From: the human T2T-CHM13v2.0 reference genome, Homo sapiens
Direction: 5' to 3' (one strand)
Assembly (NCBI RefSeq): GCF_009914755.1
Contig: NC_060930.1
Length of the DNA: 64,000 bases
Position 1 is the first letter of the stretch. Each line of letters begins with the position of its first letter. The translations under genes and the position numbers were made by a program. This document shows, one piece after another, positions 13,620 to 28,499 of this stretch. A model generated the notes under the pieces. That model saw only the letters and a program-made list of their open reading frames with translations. It made no database searches and had not been told where the DNA came from.

Positions 13620-14080
13620 TGGTCTTACTTAAAATCCTACACTGTAGTGCCTTATTATGGCCTTTGGGGTAAATATGTATCTTTGACATGGCCCTTGAGG
13701 CTCTGTTGATCTGACACTCACCTTCAAAACTTCATCTTTTGATTCTTCCCTTTTCGCTTTCTTCACTGCAGTCATGTTGGTCAACTCATCCAACATGTTG
13801 TTTTCATAAATATGTTCTTCTCCCTCCTGTTTACACATCTTTGCACTTCTGTTCAGTCTACCCACTATTCTATAAGCTGAATCCTACCCCCACCTTCACA
13901 ACTCAGTTTAAACAGGACTAACTCTTGGTAACTGTCCCTGACTTTCTAGGAAAAGATCCCCTTTTATGTGTTCTCATAGCACCTGATGCATTTTCTCAGG
14001 ATATAAGCTGTGTCTGTTTAACTCACCAACCACAGCACAATACCCAGCACATAATCAAACACTGAAATGTTTGTTGGCCA
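13620..14080 (+). mobile_element. L2 fragment
   Basis: Degenerate L2 3' region ending 'cccagcacataa..aaatgtttgttg'. Confidence 0.55.
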
Positions 14081-14515
14081 AATATGGGTTTTAGATTAGT
14101 GCCCAAAGATTACATTACCAGATTTCACAGAAAGAATAGACAGCTTTACCAGCAGAGCTGTTAGGAAAGGGACCAATACCAGGATTGCTTATATAAGAGG
14201 ATGCGTAGCCAGATGCCTCCTAGGTATATATTTTATTGCAAAGGTTACTCTCAACATCAGAATGTGTTCCTGCTTAGTTCTACTTGTGGGACTTTCTGAA
14301 TCTTGTTTTCTCCTTTGGTAAAAATGAGATTTTCTGGCAAGAATATGTCAATTTTTTTTATCCTCCTTCAAGAGTCTAGGATGTATTTCTAGATAAAGAA
14401 CTTATTAGATACTAGATAAGTCAGAAAATATAAACTATGCTTTGGAGAGAACAAAACAAAGGAGAGAACAGTGCAGGTTGGGGCAGGTGAAGGAGTCCTC
14501 CTTTAGGGAAGGAGG

Positions 14516-14913
14516 TGTATTAGTTTGCTTGCGCTGCCATAACAAAATACCATAGACTCAGTGAATTAAACAACAAAAATTTATTTTCTCACATCTGGAG
14601 GCTGGAAGTCAAGATCAAGGTACCAGCAGCATTGGTTTCCTCTCCTTTGCTTGAGGTGGCCACTCTATTGCTGCCTCTTCACATGGCCTTTTCTCTGTGC
14701 ATGCACATCCCTGATGTCTCTTTCCTGTGTTCCAATTTTCTGTTCTTATAAGGACACCAGTGATATTGGATTAGGGTCTACCCTAACGACCTAATTTTAA
14801 CTTAATTACCTCTTTAGAGGCCCTATATCCAACTACACTTAAACATTCTAAGGTACTAGGGCTTAGCATTTCAATATATGTATTTTAAGGAATACACAAC
14901 TGAGCTCCTAACA
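14516..14913 (-). mobile_element. MaLR LTR, MLT1A/B-type
   Basis: tgtattagttt..taaca termini; 5-bp TSD ggagg/gaagg. Confidence 0.85.
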
Positions 14914-15130
14914 GAAGGCAAAGAAGGAGTGTACTAAGGCGATGGAGAGATTGAGATAGAGCTGACATGCTGCACATGTCAGCAGGCTTGCTTGTGCTAT
15001 GTGAGATTGTTGAATGGGTCACTGAAACATGACTTCCTTAGAAAAGCAGTTCTGCAACTCTTCTGTCTCTGCTCCATCTTCCTGGTATTGCTTCCCAGGT
15101 CACACTTTCAAATACTCATTTAAAAAAACC

Positions 15131-15504
15131 TACTTATTTATTTACTTATTTGTTTATTTATTTATTTTAGAGACAAGGTCTCACCCTGTTGCCCAGGCTG
15201 GAGTGCAGTTGTGTAAGCATAGCTCACTGCAGTCTTGAACACCTGTGCTCAAGTGATCCTCCTCTTGAGTAGCTGGGACTAAAGGTGTGTGCTACCTGGG
15301 TGTGATCCTCCTTGTGAGTAGCTGGGACTAAAGGTGTGTGCCACCATGTGTAGCTAATTTTTCATTTTTTTTTTTTTTTTTGGTAGGGATGGGGGTCTTG
15401 CTATCTTGGCCAGGCTGTTCTAAAACTCCTGGCCTCATGCAGTCCTCTTGCCTCAGCCTCCCAAAGCACCGAGATTTGACAAGCATGAGCTACTGCACCC
15501 AGCC
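15131..15504 (-). mobile_element. AluJ with internal ~49-bp tandem duplication
   Basis: AluJ-type 'catagctcactgcagtcttgaac'; duplicated 'gtgatcctcct..gagtagctgggactaaaggtgtgtgc'. Confidence 0.88.
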
Positions 15505-15535
15505 CACAAAAACTCTTCTTATATTTACAGTTCCT

Positions 15536-15836
<301 letters not shown>

Positions 15837-15957
15837 TTAAGTAGTGTCTGCCTTCTCCCCTATACTGTGTCATAAGGGCAGGAACTTTGTCTTTTTTGTT
15901 CACTACTGTACGTCTAGTACCTGACAATCAACATGCCGCAATTTTTTCACATGATAG

Positions 15958-16418
15958 TGTAGCAGGACGAGCCACAGACAAAACTCCTCAGACACCGAGT
16001 TAAAGAAGGAAGGGGTTTGTTCGGCCGGGGGCATCAGCAAGACTCCTGTCTCAAGAGCCGAGCTCCCCAAGTGAGCAATTCCTGTCCCTTTTAAAGGCTC
16101 ACAACTCTAAGGGGGTGCGTGTGAGAGGGACGTGATTGATTGAGCAAGCAGGGGGTACGTGACTGGGAGCTACATGTACTGGTAATTAGATCAGAACAAA
16201 ACAGGATAGGGATTTTCACAGTGCATTTCTATACAATGTCTGTAATCTATAGATAACATAACCGATTAGGTCGGGGTCGATCTTTAACTACCAGGCCCAG
16301 GGTGTGGCGCCGGGCTGTCTGCTTGTGGATTTCATTTCTGCCTTTTAGTTTTTACTTTTTCTTTCTTTGGAGGCAGAAATTGGGCATAAGACAATATGAG
16401 GGGTGGTCTCCTCCCTTA
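15958..16418 (-). mobile_element. LTR2 (HERV-E/Harlequin-type) solo LTR, copy 1
   Basis: Reverse complement reads TAAGGGAGGAGACCACCCCTCATATTGTC..TCGTCCTGCTACA; 4-bp TSD ATAG/ATAG. Confidence 0.92.
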
Positions 16419-19400
16419 ATAGAATAAGTGGAATATGATGTTAAATAAAAGAGATGAAGACCTGGATGTTCCCAAAGGTCTGTAGGCCTCAGCCAGCCTC
16501 CCAGAGGGAGCAGAGCCTCTGCCACTGAGTCTTTAGACAAACCTTTCCTTCCCCACCATCCCCAAAATTACTTCTGCCCCCCCACCCCAATTAAATAAGA
16601 TTTACCTTTGGGACCTGTTGAATAAACCTGGAGTGATTTTTTAGGTTTCTGATTGCCTTCTTCCTAAAATATATCATTTCGTTGATGCTTAAAGTAAATA
16701 AAGAAAAAGTATTTCATTCCTCAACCAGTGATAAGATTTAAATGCAAACCTGTGATTGAAGCTGAGATTTCAATTTGTTGAAATGTAATCAGCCCATGTG
16801 CATGTGTAAATGACTCTCAACCAAGATTTTCTGTTTAAATATGGAGAGAAGAGAGAGAAGTGGCAGGGTAGAAGAGACTGCAGAATAATGTTTCAGAAGA
16901 GTAACTTCCCAGATTTGACACTGCACTCCATGTAGAGCAAGTTGGAGTGTTAGTGTAGAGAGCATTTTTTTGCTTCCTGGCTGTGGGAAGTCCTCCCCTA
17001 ACCACCTGCAGAAAATAATTTATCTATGCAGGGAGCATAAGGGTCTTCCAGAAAAGAGAGCTGATAGTGGTTCACAGTATTTTGCGCTTTACTGGTCTGT
17101 GATTATGGAATCCCAGATTTGCAACAATTGAAGTCTGGTTTTGTTAATGTTATTCTTTAAGATGTCAGTGGAAACATTTCTCTCCCAGTTCCCTTGTAAA
17201 GTGAAAATTACACATCAGTTGTAAGCCAGCTTTTAAACAGATTTCTTTAAAATATGTATTTTTTTCAGTTGTAGCAATGTCATGTCATTTACCTTGTAAG
17301 AAATCCTATACTGAGAAATATAAGAGCTGAACATCTTTCACTGTGTTTCTTCACGACTGTACTCAATCTTATTAGATTCTTCTACTGTTAAGCTAATAAT
17401 TAATTTGGATTTCTATTTTTTTATTGAGTAGTGAGATTCACATTTGACTTGCCAGAAAAATAAAAAACTTTTCAGTGGCAGCAAGGCAGATAATAATTAC
17501 TTCTTGGACATTCGTTTAGCAGCCAGGTGCTATAGTGTGCTTTGTCTACAAATGTGCTTTTAAATGTTCTTATCGAAAAGTGTGTCCAGGAAAAACCTTT
17601 ATATTATTATGATCTATTTTACTCATTTTAGTTCTAAGGGTAATGGAATTTCATGTCATTTGATTTGTAATGAACAACACAAAGATTTTTAAATATTCTG
17701 AAGAAAGTTTTGAAAATTTAAATCTAACAGAAAAGTAAGAAATATGTTTAATAGCATTTCAGGTATAAAATATACACCAAGAGAAAAAATTAAGTTGGCA
17801 ATAAGTTATAGTTAATTTTGTATATGGTTTCTATAAGGGGAAAACAGGTCATTAGCCTGATCATGTGCATCTTTCCTGATACCTTTCTTCTCATTCCCTC
17901 TTCCATTATCTTCCCTCCACTTCTACCATCCTTCTTCAGCCAGGATATATTTTTAATGGCTGATTTATCCAACTCTTCTCTTTTTTTCTGGGCCCCCTAG
18001 TCAAACCTGCCCCACATAGTCAAACCACAACTCATTAACAACCCTCAGAGGCAAGGTAAGAGGACAAAAGAGAAAAGGAAGTGCCCACCTGTGAGATCTG
18101 AATTCAGCAGTTAATAGGTCCCCCTCTTACCCCTCACCCCAGGCTCCAAAGGGGCTTTCTTCGTATTAACATGTGGGAAACACAAGTCCCAAAGCTATGT
18201 CTGCTAGTAGGCTTTCCTGCTAATTTCACCATCATTTTATTAGACTTCACTTATATCTTACTTCATCAGCTTGCCATTGGCAGGTGGGCAGATTTTCCTC
18301 AGTTTTTGGCCTAACTCCAAGATATATACAATAGCAGGCAAGATCCAGGAAAGCAAAGGTATTTTGACTATTTTTCCCAGTTTGCTTTAATAGCTTAGGA
18401 CAAGTAACCTGCTGGAAGGCAGCAGTTTAGATTATTGACAAGAATATGAGTTTGGAAGTCAAATAGTCACAGGTGAAATCCCAACTCCACCCCCTTGTAG
18501 CTGTTTGAATTGACTCCATGAGTTTTAGATCTTCATCAACACAAAGGACAGGGAAAGCACAATTGCTTTAGAATAGGATAGTTGCAGCGTACGTAGCTTT
18601 GGAACCTACATGAGATTCTGAGGGTTGTGTGCAGGGGTATATGTAAAATACAAAGAGAGCTGGCTTTGTTAAACAGCAATGGTAGAACAACCCAGGTGAC
18701 CCGGAAGTTCATTATCCCCTCTCATTGGTAGCTCGAGGAGCCTGAGTTAGCTTAAGGAAAGAACAGGCTTCCATTTCAACTACTTCTTTCCATTGCATTG
18801 ATGTTCACTGCACTTCTCTGTTCCTTATAATGAGTAGAATATTATAGGGGGAGAGTTTCACCCTTTTGGGGATGCATGCAGTCCATTTCTGCCTGTGTGC
18901 ACTCTCCTATGTCTGTGCTTTTAAGTTTTCTCTGAGTTTATCCCATTTTATATTTGTACTATGAGGCACTGATAAGGAGTGCTAATGACTCCTTTGCATA
19001 ACAGTTGGAGATTAGCTAGGGACACATACCACCCACTCTGGGGTTAGGTGTGTTTTGGGAAGCAGCAGAGTTTAACTGGTTCACCCAGGGTGGAAACAAT
19101 CCTCCTTGGAAAGGCTGGAACCAGGTGGCTGCTAACCCCGAATCATGTCTGGTGGCATCATAGGAGTCCTTCAGACACCAAAGCCTCCAAACCCACAAGT
19201 CACTGGGAAAAGGTGGATTTTCTGCAAAAGAAAAACCCTGGCGAGTGAGACTCATGGTTGCCTAAATTTTCTAAGTCCCAAGACCTCACTTTCAGATGTT
19301 TCTTCCCCATGTCTGGGGTGAAACCATGCATGATTTTTGAAAAATGTCCACCACAAGTTGTGATGTGCACTCCAGGATGAGTACTGCATGATACATAATC

Positions 19401-19780
19401 TCCAAAGTTCCATCAGCTCTTTAGTTCTTGAGGTAGGTATCATCAGAAACATATGAGCTCCTTCCCTTTTGGATTAGAGGAATTGTACAAAATGATTTGT
19501 TTTTATCTTCTATCTTGCCTTCATCCCCAGATTTCTTGCAACTTTCATCATTTTTTTAATAAAACCTAATGTCCTGTGTTGCAACTGGAGTAGTAGGTAG
19601 GTGTTCTCCTGCCAAGTTAAGATGTTTATACAACGTCTGTTTGCCATACTAATGCATGCTGTGGAATTGTCTTCTGCCCTCCATGTAAGGACCACTTCTA
19701 CCTTCTCAAATACATAACCCATGTATAGTTTGCTATCTGACTTATAGCAAGCATTCAGATATTTTCCTGGCCTATCACTA

Positions 19781-20241
19781 TGTAGCAGGACGAGCCACAG
19801 ACAAAACTCCTCAGACACCAAGTTAAAGAAGGAAGGGGTTTGTTCAGCCGGGGGCATCGGCAAGACTCCTGTCTCAAGAGCCGAGCTCCCTGAGTGAGCA
19901 ATTCTCCTCCCTTTTAAGGGCTCACAACTCTAAGGGGATGCACATGAGAGGATCGTGATCGAGTGAGCAAGCAGGGGGTATGTGACTGGGGCTGCACGCA
20001 CCAGTAATTAGATTGGAACAAAACAGGACAGGGATTTTCACAGTGCTTTTCTATACAATGTCTGTAATCTATAGATAACATAACCGATTAGGTCAGGGGT
20101 CGATCTTTAACTACCAGGCCCAGGGTGTGGCGCCGGGCTGTCTGCTTGTGGATTTCATTTCTGCCTTTTAGTTTTATCTTTTTCTTTCTTTGGAGGCAGA
20201 AATTGGGCATAAGACAATATGAGGGGTGGTCTCCTCCCTTA
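19781..20241 (-). mobile_element. LTR2 (HERV-E/Harlequin-type) solo LTR, copy 2
   Basis: Same termini as copy 1; about 93% identical by hand alignment; TSD ACTA/ATTA. Confidence 0.92.
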
Positions 20242-22861
20242 ATTATAGTAACCAGAAGACAGGCCTCATCCTAGAGGAGCTCAGAGGGGAGGACGGCGGG
20301 AGTCCTAAGGAGTCATAGCCTCTAGAGACGAAAGGAAAATCTGAGGCAAGGGTTCTTTTCAGCTTTTTCTTTAACTCCCCCACCCCCCACCAAAAAACTT
20401 TCAAATATCTTAGGAGCTGCTTATGCCAAGAGTGATGAAATTTTTTGGCAGTTACTGTGATATTTGTGCCAGTTCACCTCCTTAGGGTATCTTGCTGATA
20501 AGATTTAAATGATGCCAACATAATGCTGTTGGACCATTTGTCTCTTTTCACTGTTTTGTGCATTTATCCCATGCTGCGGCACCACCGGCGTCTTCTGAAT
20601 GGATACTGAGGCAGCCAAATCCTGACTCACTACAGTCCTACACTGTGTCTCTCTTGCTTGGCCGAGAAAACTGTTAGGTTCTCTCTTCATCTGTCAAATG
20701 TAAGGATATTAGGCACTCCCTGAAACTTAACTGCTGAGGTACAAAGCATGAATTTAGGTGAAGACTTAATGGAAAGAACAGCAAAATGTATCAAAATCTC
20801 TAAATAGGTGAAATAGTATGTAAGGGCAAAATGAAGCAGAAAAATTACTAGAGAGATGAGAATGTAAAATATTTTTCTTACTTCATTCTAGTAGAACAAT
20901 CTATAAAGAGGGAATGCCTAAGTTAAAAATATAACTGTAAGTAGACTCTTCAAAATGATTAGGCAGGCAGTTAGATTTTCATGTTGCTTCACATTTATTA
21001 ACCTTCACCCATTAGGCTGTTGTTGGGGTCATTTGTATGATCTTCAAATATTCAGGCCTTCTGTAGAAGCCTTCTAACTCGAGCGGAAATGGATGGCTTT
21101 CTCCTAGAGGGAAATTAAGGGGTCCAAAGATACTTAACAGTGCATACAGTAAAGAGAGAAAAAACAGGAAAAAGTCGAGGATTGGAATCTCCAGCTTATA
21201 GAGCTCCATTCTGCTCCAGAACAAACTCTGTTTTATTCAGTTACTTAGTTACACAGCACATCAGAGAGACTAAACTATTGACCCTTGAGGTACAGAAAAG
21301 AAGTGAGCCAAAGACTTTACGAGATTATTTCCTAGCAGAAAATTAAAATAAAATCTCACTGATTTCTCCATCTCTTCCATCATAAGGTGAACAGTAAGTA
21401 AAGGAAGCGGAGAGTTTAAGGGACAGCGTTAGGAAAAACTTCTGAGCTCCTACATGTGACCTGGATAATCATAACTTTAACCCTCAACTGCCTTTCCACC
21501 ACCTATGATGTTGGGGTTTCAGAAAAGGTGGAATTGGAGGAGGATGGATTTTCTTGTCAAGATCTTGGGCAAATGATATGCTGAAAGAACCACAGCTGGA
21601 GTCCAGGGGTTACATAGAAGTCACTGGTATTACAGGATATTTGGAGGTCAAAACTTTAAAGTATTATCCATAATACTTGAATCCAAACTGCTCTTGGTAA
21701 ATATTTCTGTTTGTTTCCGGTGAGCCCATTATTTGTTTATGCTTTCTGCCTCATTGGCCATTCTACATATTTTCTAGAAAATGTTCTATGATATATTTTA
21801 CCTGCCTAATTTTGAGGGCAGTTGAAACCATTATGTGTGTTACTACAAAAACTGTGTTCTTACACAAGTAAATTTAGAGACACAACAGCTAAAAGTCTTT
21901 CTTTTAGCTGTTGTGGTATTTTCACTACTTTTAGTGTAAATTCAGGTCTGTTACTTAACATGGAGCTTCCGCCACAGAGGCCAGAGGAGCACATCAAAGC
22001 CAAAAGCACAGCAAGTCATCGGAGTTCAGATTCTTTTCTGCTTCCCTGCAGAGGGGTCAAGAATATAAACATACTCAATTGCTACAGCAGGAGGGAACAT
22101 TAGTCCATCAACAGAACCAAACAGGAAGCACCAAATGGGCATTTCTTCTGTTTATTTTGTGATTATTAAGAAAGACGTAGTTTAGTTCCTTCAACCAAAT
22201 TTGTCAATGAAACATAGAAAACATACAAGGTACAGTCATTTTGGTTAGGGGAAAGTCTGATTGTGAAAGGATTCAATGCTGTTTTTTCCAGTTATTTCAC
22301 TTACTACAATGTATACAATAAGTTCTTAGGGTGTTGGAATTTAAAACTAATTAACATTTGTTACACTCTTTTGAGATTCACATTATGAGTCACTTAGATT
22401 TTAATCAAATTTCTCATACGTTTCCTTTCTGGACCGAGGAGACTGTGCACATATTGAGCAGAACAATTTTGCCTCCCTTCAGTTTGAGATGGGGTGCGAA
22501 GAGTTTCAGATACAGCCAGGAAATACCTCAAATGGCACTGCAGAGGTCTGTAAGACTGACCAAAATTTAAAATCTTGGTATATCCATTCCATTACATCAA
22601 AGTAAGTTCTAGTACTCCACTGCCAGTATCAGCAGATAATAAAAAATGACGCACATTGTAATGATTCAAGCAAGCCCAGTAAAGGAGCAAGAAGGAATGT
22701 AATATCTATTTTTGTGAAAGTTTCCAGAAATAAATCAACAAACCACTTTATTCTTCTTATAATTACTTGGAATCTCTTAATTCCAGAAGACTATCTGGCC
22801 TGCTGTTTAAAAGGAAGTGAGTGTTCCCTTTCAGCTTGCTTCACTATTTTTCTCATCCAGT

Positions 22862-24411
<1,550 letters not shown>

Positions 24412-25246
24412 CATGCGTCTATTCATTTTAACTCAAAACAAAATGCATTTTTAATCTTTTTGGTATTACATATGTTTTTGACAATTATGCCAAAAAGCAA
24501 TTTATTTTAATAAGGGAACTCTTAATAATCAAGAAATAGAAAGAGCTACCCTTAAATACAACTCTCAACTACCACCGATTTTGGTAATAACTATTTCTAG
24601 TTAATATATTTGATGTTTTGATTATTTTATTATAAGCTTAGTAGGATAAGAAAAATACAAAAAATACAACTGCATAAATCTCAACATGATGAAATAGCAA
24701 TTATGACTATCTCCTTATGACTCAAAAAAGCTGAATCACTCATTTTAAACCTTCCAGTCTAGCAAATACCCTGATTTTATGCCTTTTCAGAAAACAGAAA
24801 AACAAAGATGTTCTCCAACCTAGCTTATAAAGTCAACACAACTTTGATATAAGAACATGAACATTAAATGATGAGGAAAAATTGCAGGCAACCTCAATCA
24901 TGAACAGATATGCTTAAATTCTTAATATTAGATAACCATACAACATGTATATATGAAATGTCACAAGTTGAGTTTGTTGCAATTATGCAATGTTAGTTTA
25001 ATATTAGAAAACTGAGAATTTATGACATTAACAGAATAAAGGAAAAAATTATATGATAATTGTACTAGATGCAGAAAAGCAGTTGGTTAAAGTAAGCATC
25101 TATTTATGATTAAAATACATCTTTGGGCAAACGAAGAATAGAAGAGAGCTTCTTTAATCAAATACAGGGTATCTACAAAACACCAATAATAAACACCATA
25201 GAAATACTGAAAACTTTCTTTCTGTGATCAGGAATAAGATAATAGT

Positions 25247-25623
25247 TGTATTAGTTCATTCTCTTGCTGCTATGATGAAATACCCAAGACTGGGTAATTT
25301 ATAAAGGAAAGAGATTTAATTGACTCACAGTTCTGCAGGGCTGGGGAGGCCTCATGAAACTTACAATCATGGTGGAAGAGAAAGCAAACACATCCTTCTT
25401 CACATGGTGACAGCAAGGAGAAGTGCACTGCGAAGTGGGGAAAAGCCCCTTATAAAACCATCAGATCTCATGAGAAGTCACTCACTATCATGAGAACAGC
25501 ATGGGGGAAATGCCCCTATGATCTAATCACCTCCCACGAGGTAACCCCCCAATATATGGGGATTACAATTCGGATTACAATTCAAGATGAGGTTCTGGGC
25601 GGGGACAGAGCCAAACCATATCA
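25247..25623 (-). mobile_element. THE1 (THE1C-like) solo LTR
   Basis: tgtattagt..gccaaaccatatca termini; 5-bp TSD ATAGT. Confidence 0.9.
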
Positions 25624-25705
25624 ATAGTTATCAACATTTCTAGGCTACCTGCCACTGAAAGTCCTAATTAGTGTGGTAAGGAAGAAGAATTGAAAAGAAC
25701 AAGTA

Positions 25706-25989
<284 letters not shown>

Positions 25990-26403
25990 AAAAGAACAAG
26001 TAAAACTGCCATTATTTGCTAAGACTATATATATAAAAAAACTCAAAGACTCTACAGATAGTTCTTAGAATTGAGTTTAATAAAATTGTATCCCAGCAAC
26101 CTTGTTAAACTCAATTCTAATCTCGACTTGTAGATTTTAAAAATTTCATTTCTATGATGAGCAACAACAGAAAATAAAACTGAAAATAATCATAATAGGA
26201 TCAAAAATATTTAAAACCTAAAAATAAATATTTTAGCAGTTGTAAAAGAAACATAAAACATTCCCAAGAGACATTAAAAAAGACAAATCAATGAATACTT
26301 GTACTACATTTATATATTGGAAGACTCAGCATTTTTAAAATGTTAATTTTCCTGAAACTGAGCTTTAGATCCAAAGAAATTCAAATCAAAATCCCAGTTG
26401 GTT

Positions 26404-26428
<25 letters not shown>
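26404..26428. repeat. (GT)n microsatellite
   Basis: Seen directly. Confidence 0.95.
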
Positions 26429-26436
<8 letters not shown>

Positions 26437-27228
26437 CACAGGGAGAAAAGGAGTTTGAAACTCAATTCTTTAAAATATGAAAAAAAAATTAAGAGAAACA
26501 GGTATAGACAAGACACTCTTGAATAGGAGGGAAAAGGTAAGAGGAGTTGCTCTACTGGATATTAATACTTATGTCTGTGATAATTAGGATAGTACAGTAT
26601 TGGGGTAAGAATAGACAAAAATCAGTGGAACAAATTGGAGTTTAGAAAAAAGACACATTTGAAATAAATTAAGTGTTTATATATTAAGCAGGACACACAC
26701 AAAAAAGTACTTACAGTAAAGGAAAAGACTGATACTTAGAGTTAAAATTAAGAGCCTCAGTTTATGAAAAGACACCTTTAATTGGTAAAAAGTCAAGCTA
26801 CATGGTAAAATATATTACATATGCAAGTCTTGTGCCTGGTATAAAGTACATCTACAAAGTAAATCAATATATAAAAAAATCCAATGAAAAATGGACAAAA
26901 AGACTTCAGGCATTTCACAAAAATAGATACCCCAATTGCCAGCAAGTATAAGAAAAGGTCTTTGATTTCTTTAGTAATCAGGAAAATGCAAATTAAAACC
27001 ACAGTTATATACCATCAGACTTCCTTTAGAATAGCTAAACTTAAGAATCCTGATAATCTCAACTGTGGGAGAAAATATAGAGCACTAGGAATTCTTATTC
27101 ACTGCTAATGTGAAAATTGGTAAATGTACTTCCTCAGGATAAAATTTTCAATGAAAACGGAATAGAATTTACATATATTCACATAAATTCATGCATCCCA
27201 GTGGAAAGCACTGACCTATTTTGTGTCT

Positions 27229-27604
27229 TGTCTTAGTCCATTTTCTGCTGCATAACAGAGTACCATAGACTTGGTGATTTATAAAGAAAAGAGATTTATT
27301 TGGCTCATGGTTCTGGAGGCTGGGAAGTCCAAGGTTGAGGGACCATATTTGGTGAGGGCATTCTTGTTGTATCATAACATGATGGAAGGCATCACATAGT
27401 GAGACAATGTGAGAGAGAGTGAGAGCATGAAACAGAGAAAAAGAGGGCCAAACTCCTGAGATAACTCACTTCTGTGATAATGACAATCCATGAAGAAAGT
27501 GCCCCCATGACTTAATCACTTTGTAAACTCCCCATCTCCCAATACCGTTACATTGGCAATTAATTTTCAACATGAGTTTTAGAGGGGATTTTCAAACCAT
27601 AGCA
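27229..27604 (-). mobile_element. MST (MSTC-like) solo LTR
   Basis: tgtcttagtcc..aaaccatagca termini; TSD TGTCT. Confidence 0.88.
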
Positions 27605-27921
27605 TGTCTCAACTGATCTTTATGGTATGTACATATCTACTTTACAGATGAGAAAAGTGAGGCTTCAGAAAGAGAAAGATTTTTAATAAATCCATGAATC
27701 TACTAAGTGGAAGAGCCACCATCTAAACAAGCTCTTTCTCATTCTCAACCACATATTCTTTCACCATGTTTATAAAAGCATCCTTTAAAAATATATCCTG
27801 TTTTTCCTTATACATTTATAAATTTCTCTTTAAATTTAAAAATATCACTTTAATTACATTACTTGATGCCTTTTGCTCCCTACTCAGAGGTAAGACAATG
27901 CAGTTTACAAAATATTGCAAT

Positions 27922-28018
27922 TCTTGAGTCCAGGAGATCGAGGCTGCAGTGAGCCATGAATGCACCACTCCACTCCGGCCTGGGTGACAGAGCAAGAACC
28001 CCTCTCAAAAACAACCCT
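27922..28018 (+). mobile_element. 5'-truncated Alu (right-arm 3' fragment, AluJ-type)
   Basis: 'cttgagtccaggagatcgaggctgcagtgagc'; TSD caaaatattgcaat. Confidence 0.85.
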
Positions 28019-28499
28019 CCAAAATATTGCAATATGTGAAAGAAGTTTGACTCTTTGCTATACTGATCTCTCTCCTAGATGCTTTATTTTAATGTATTGT
28101 ACTTAGTGAACATTGTCGTACTAATCTATTTACACATTTGTTTCCCACCATTAGATTATAATATTCTTGAGGACAAGTTCTTATCTTTGTGTCTCTGTAT
28201 CTTCAGCATATCACACAATTGTCTGTTGAATGACTAGATGAGATTTTATTCTCAAGGCTTTGACTCAGAGTAGGCAAGTCCCCATTTCAACCCTTTTAAA
28301 GAAAGCTTGAAATCACTCTGCTACCTTCTAGCAGAGTTAAGGTCAAATCATATTCTGAAAGATAAAGGATTCTACCTTATTTTTCCATTTGAAGTGATTC
28401 CCAAATAATTCTACTCCCTGTTGGTCTCTTAATTCACGCAAAGCCCACATTTCACAAACTATATCCAGAGAATTAGGCTCTCTTTGCCAAAAATACTGT

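Noticed and set aside
16419-19780. Internally deleted HERV-E provirus between the two LTR2s
   Set aside because: Each LTR has its own TSD, there is no polypurine tract, only a weak partial PBS-like match (ggccaggaa), no retroviral ORFs, and MIR-like host sequence lies inside
19510-19863. 117-aa minus-strand ORF starting in LTR2
   Set aside because: Starts at a non-ATG codon inside the LTR, no recognisable domain; chance read-through into flank
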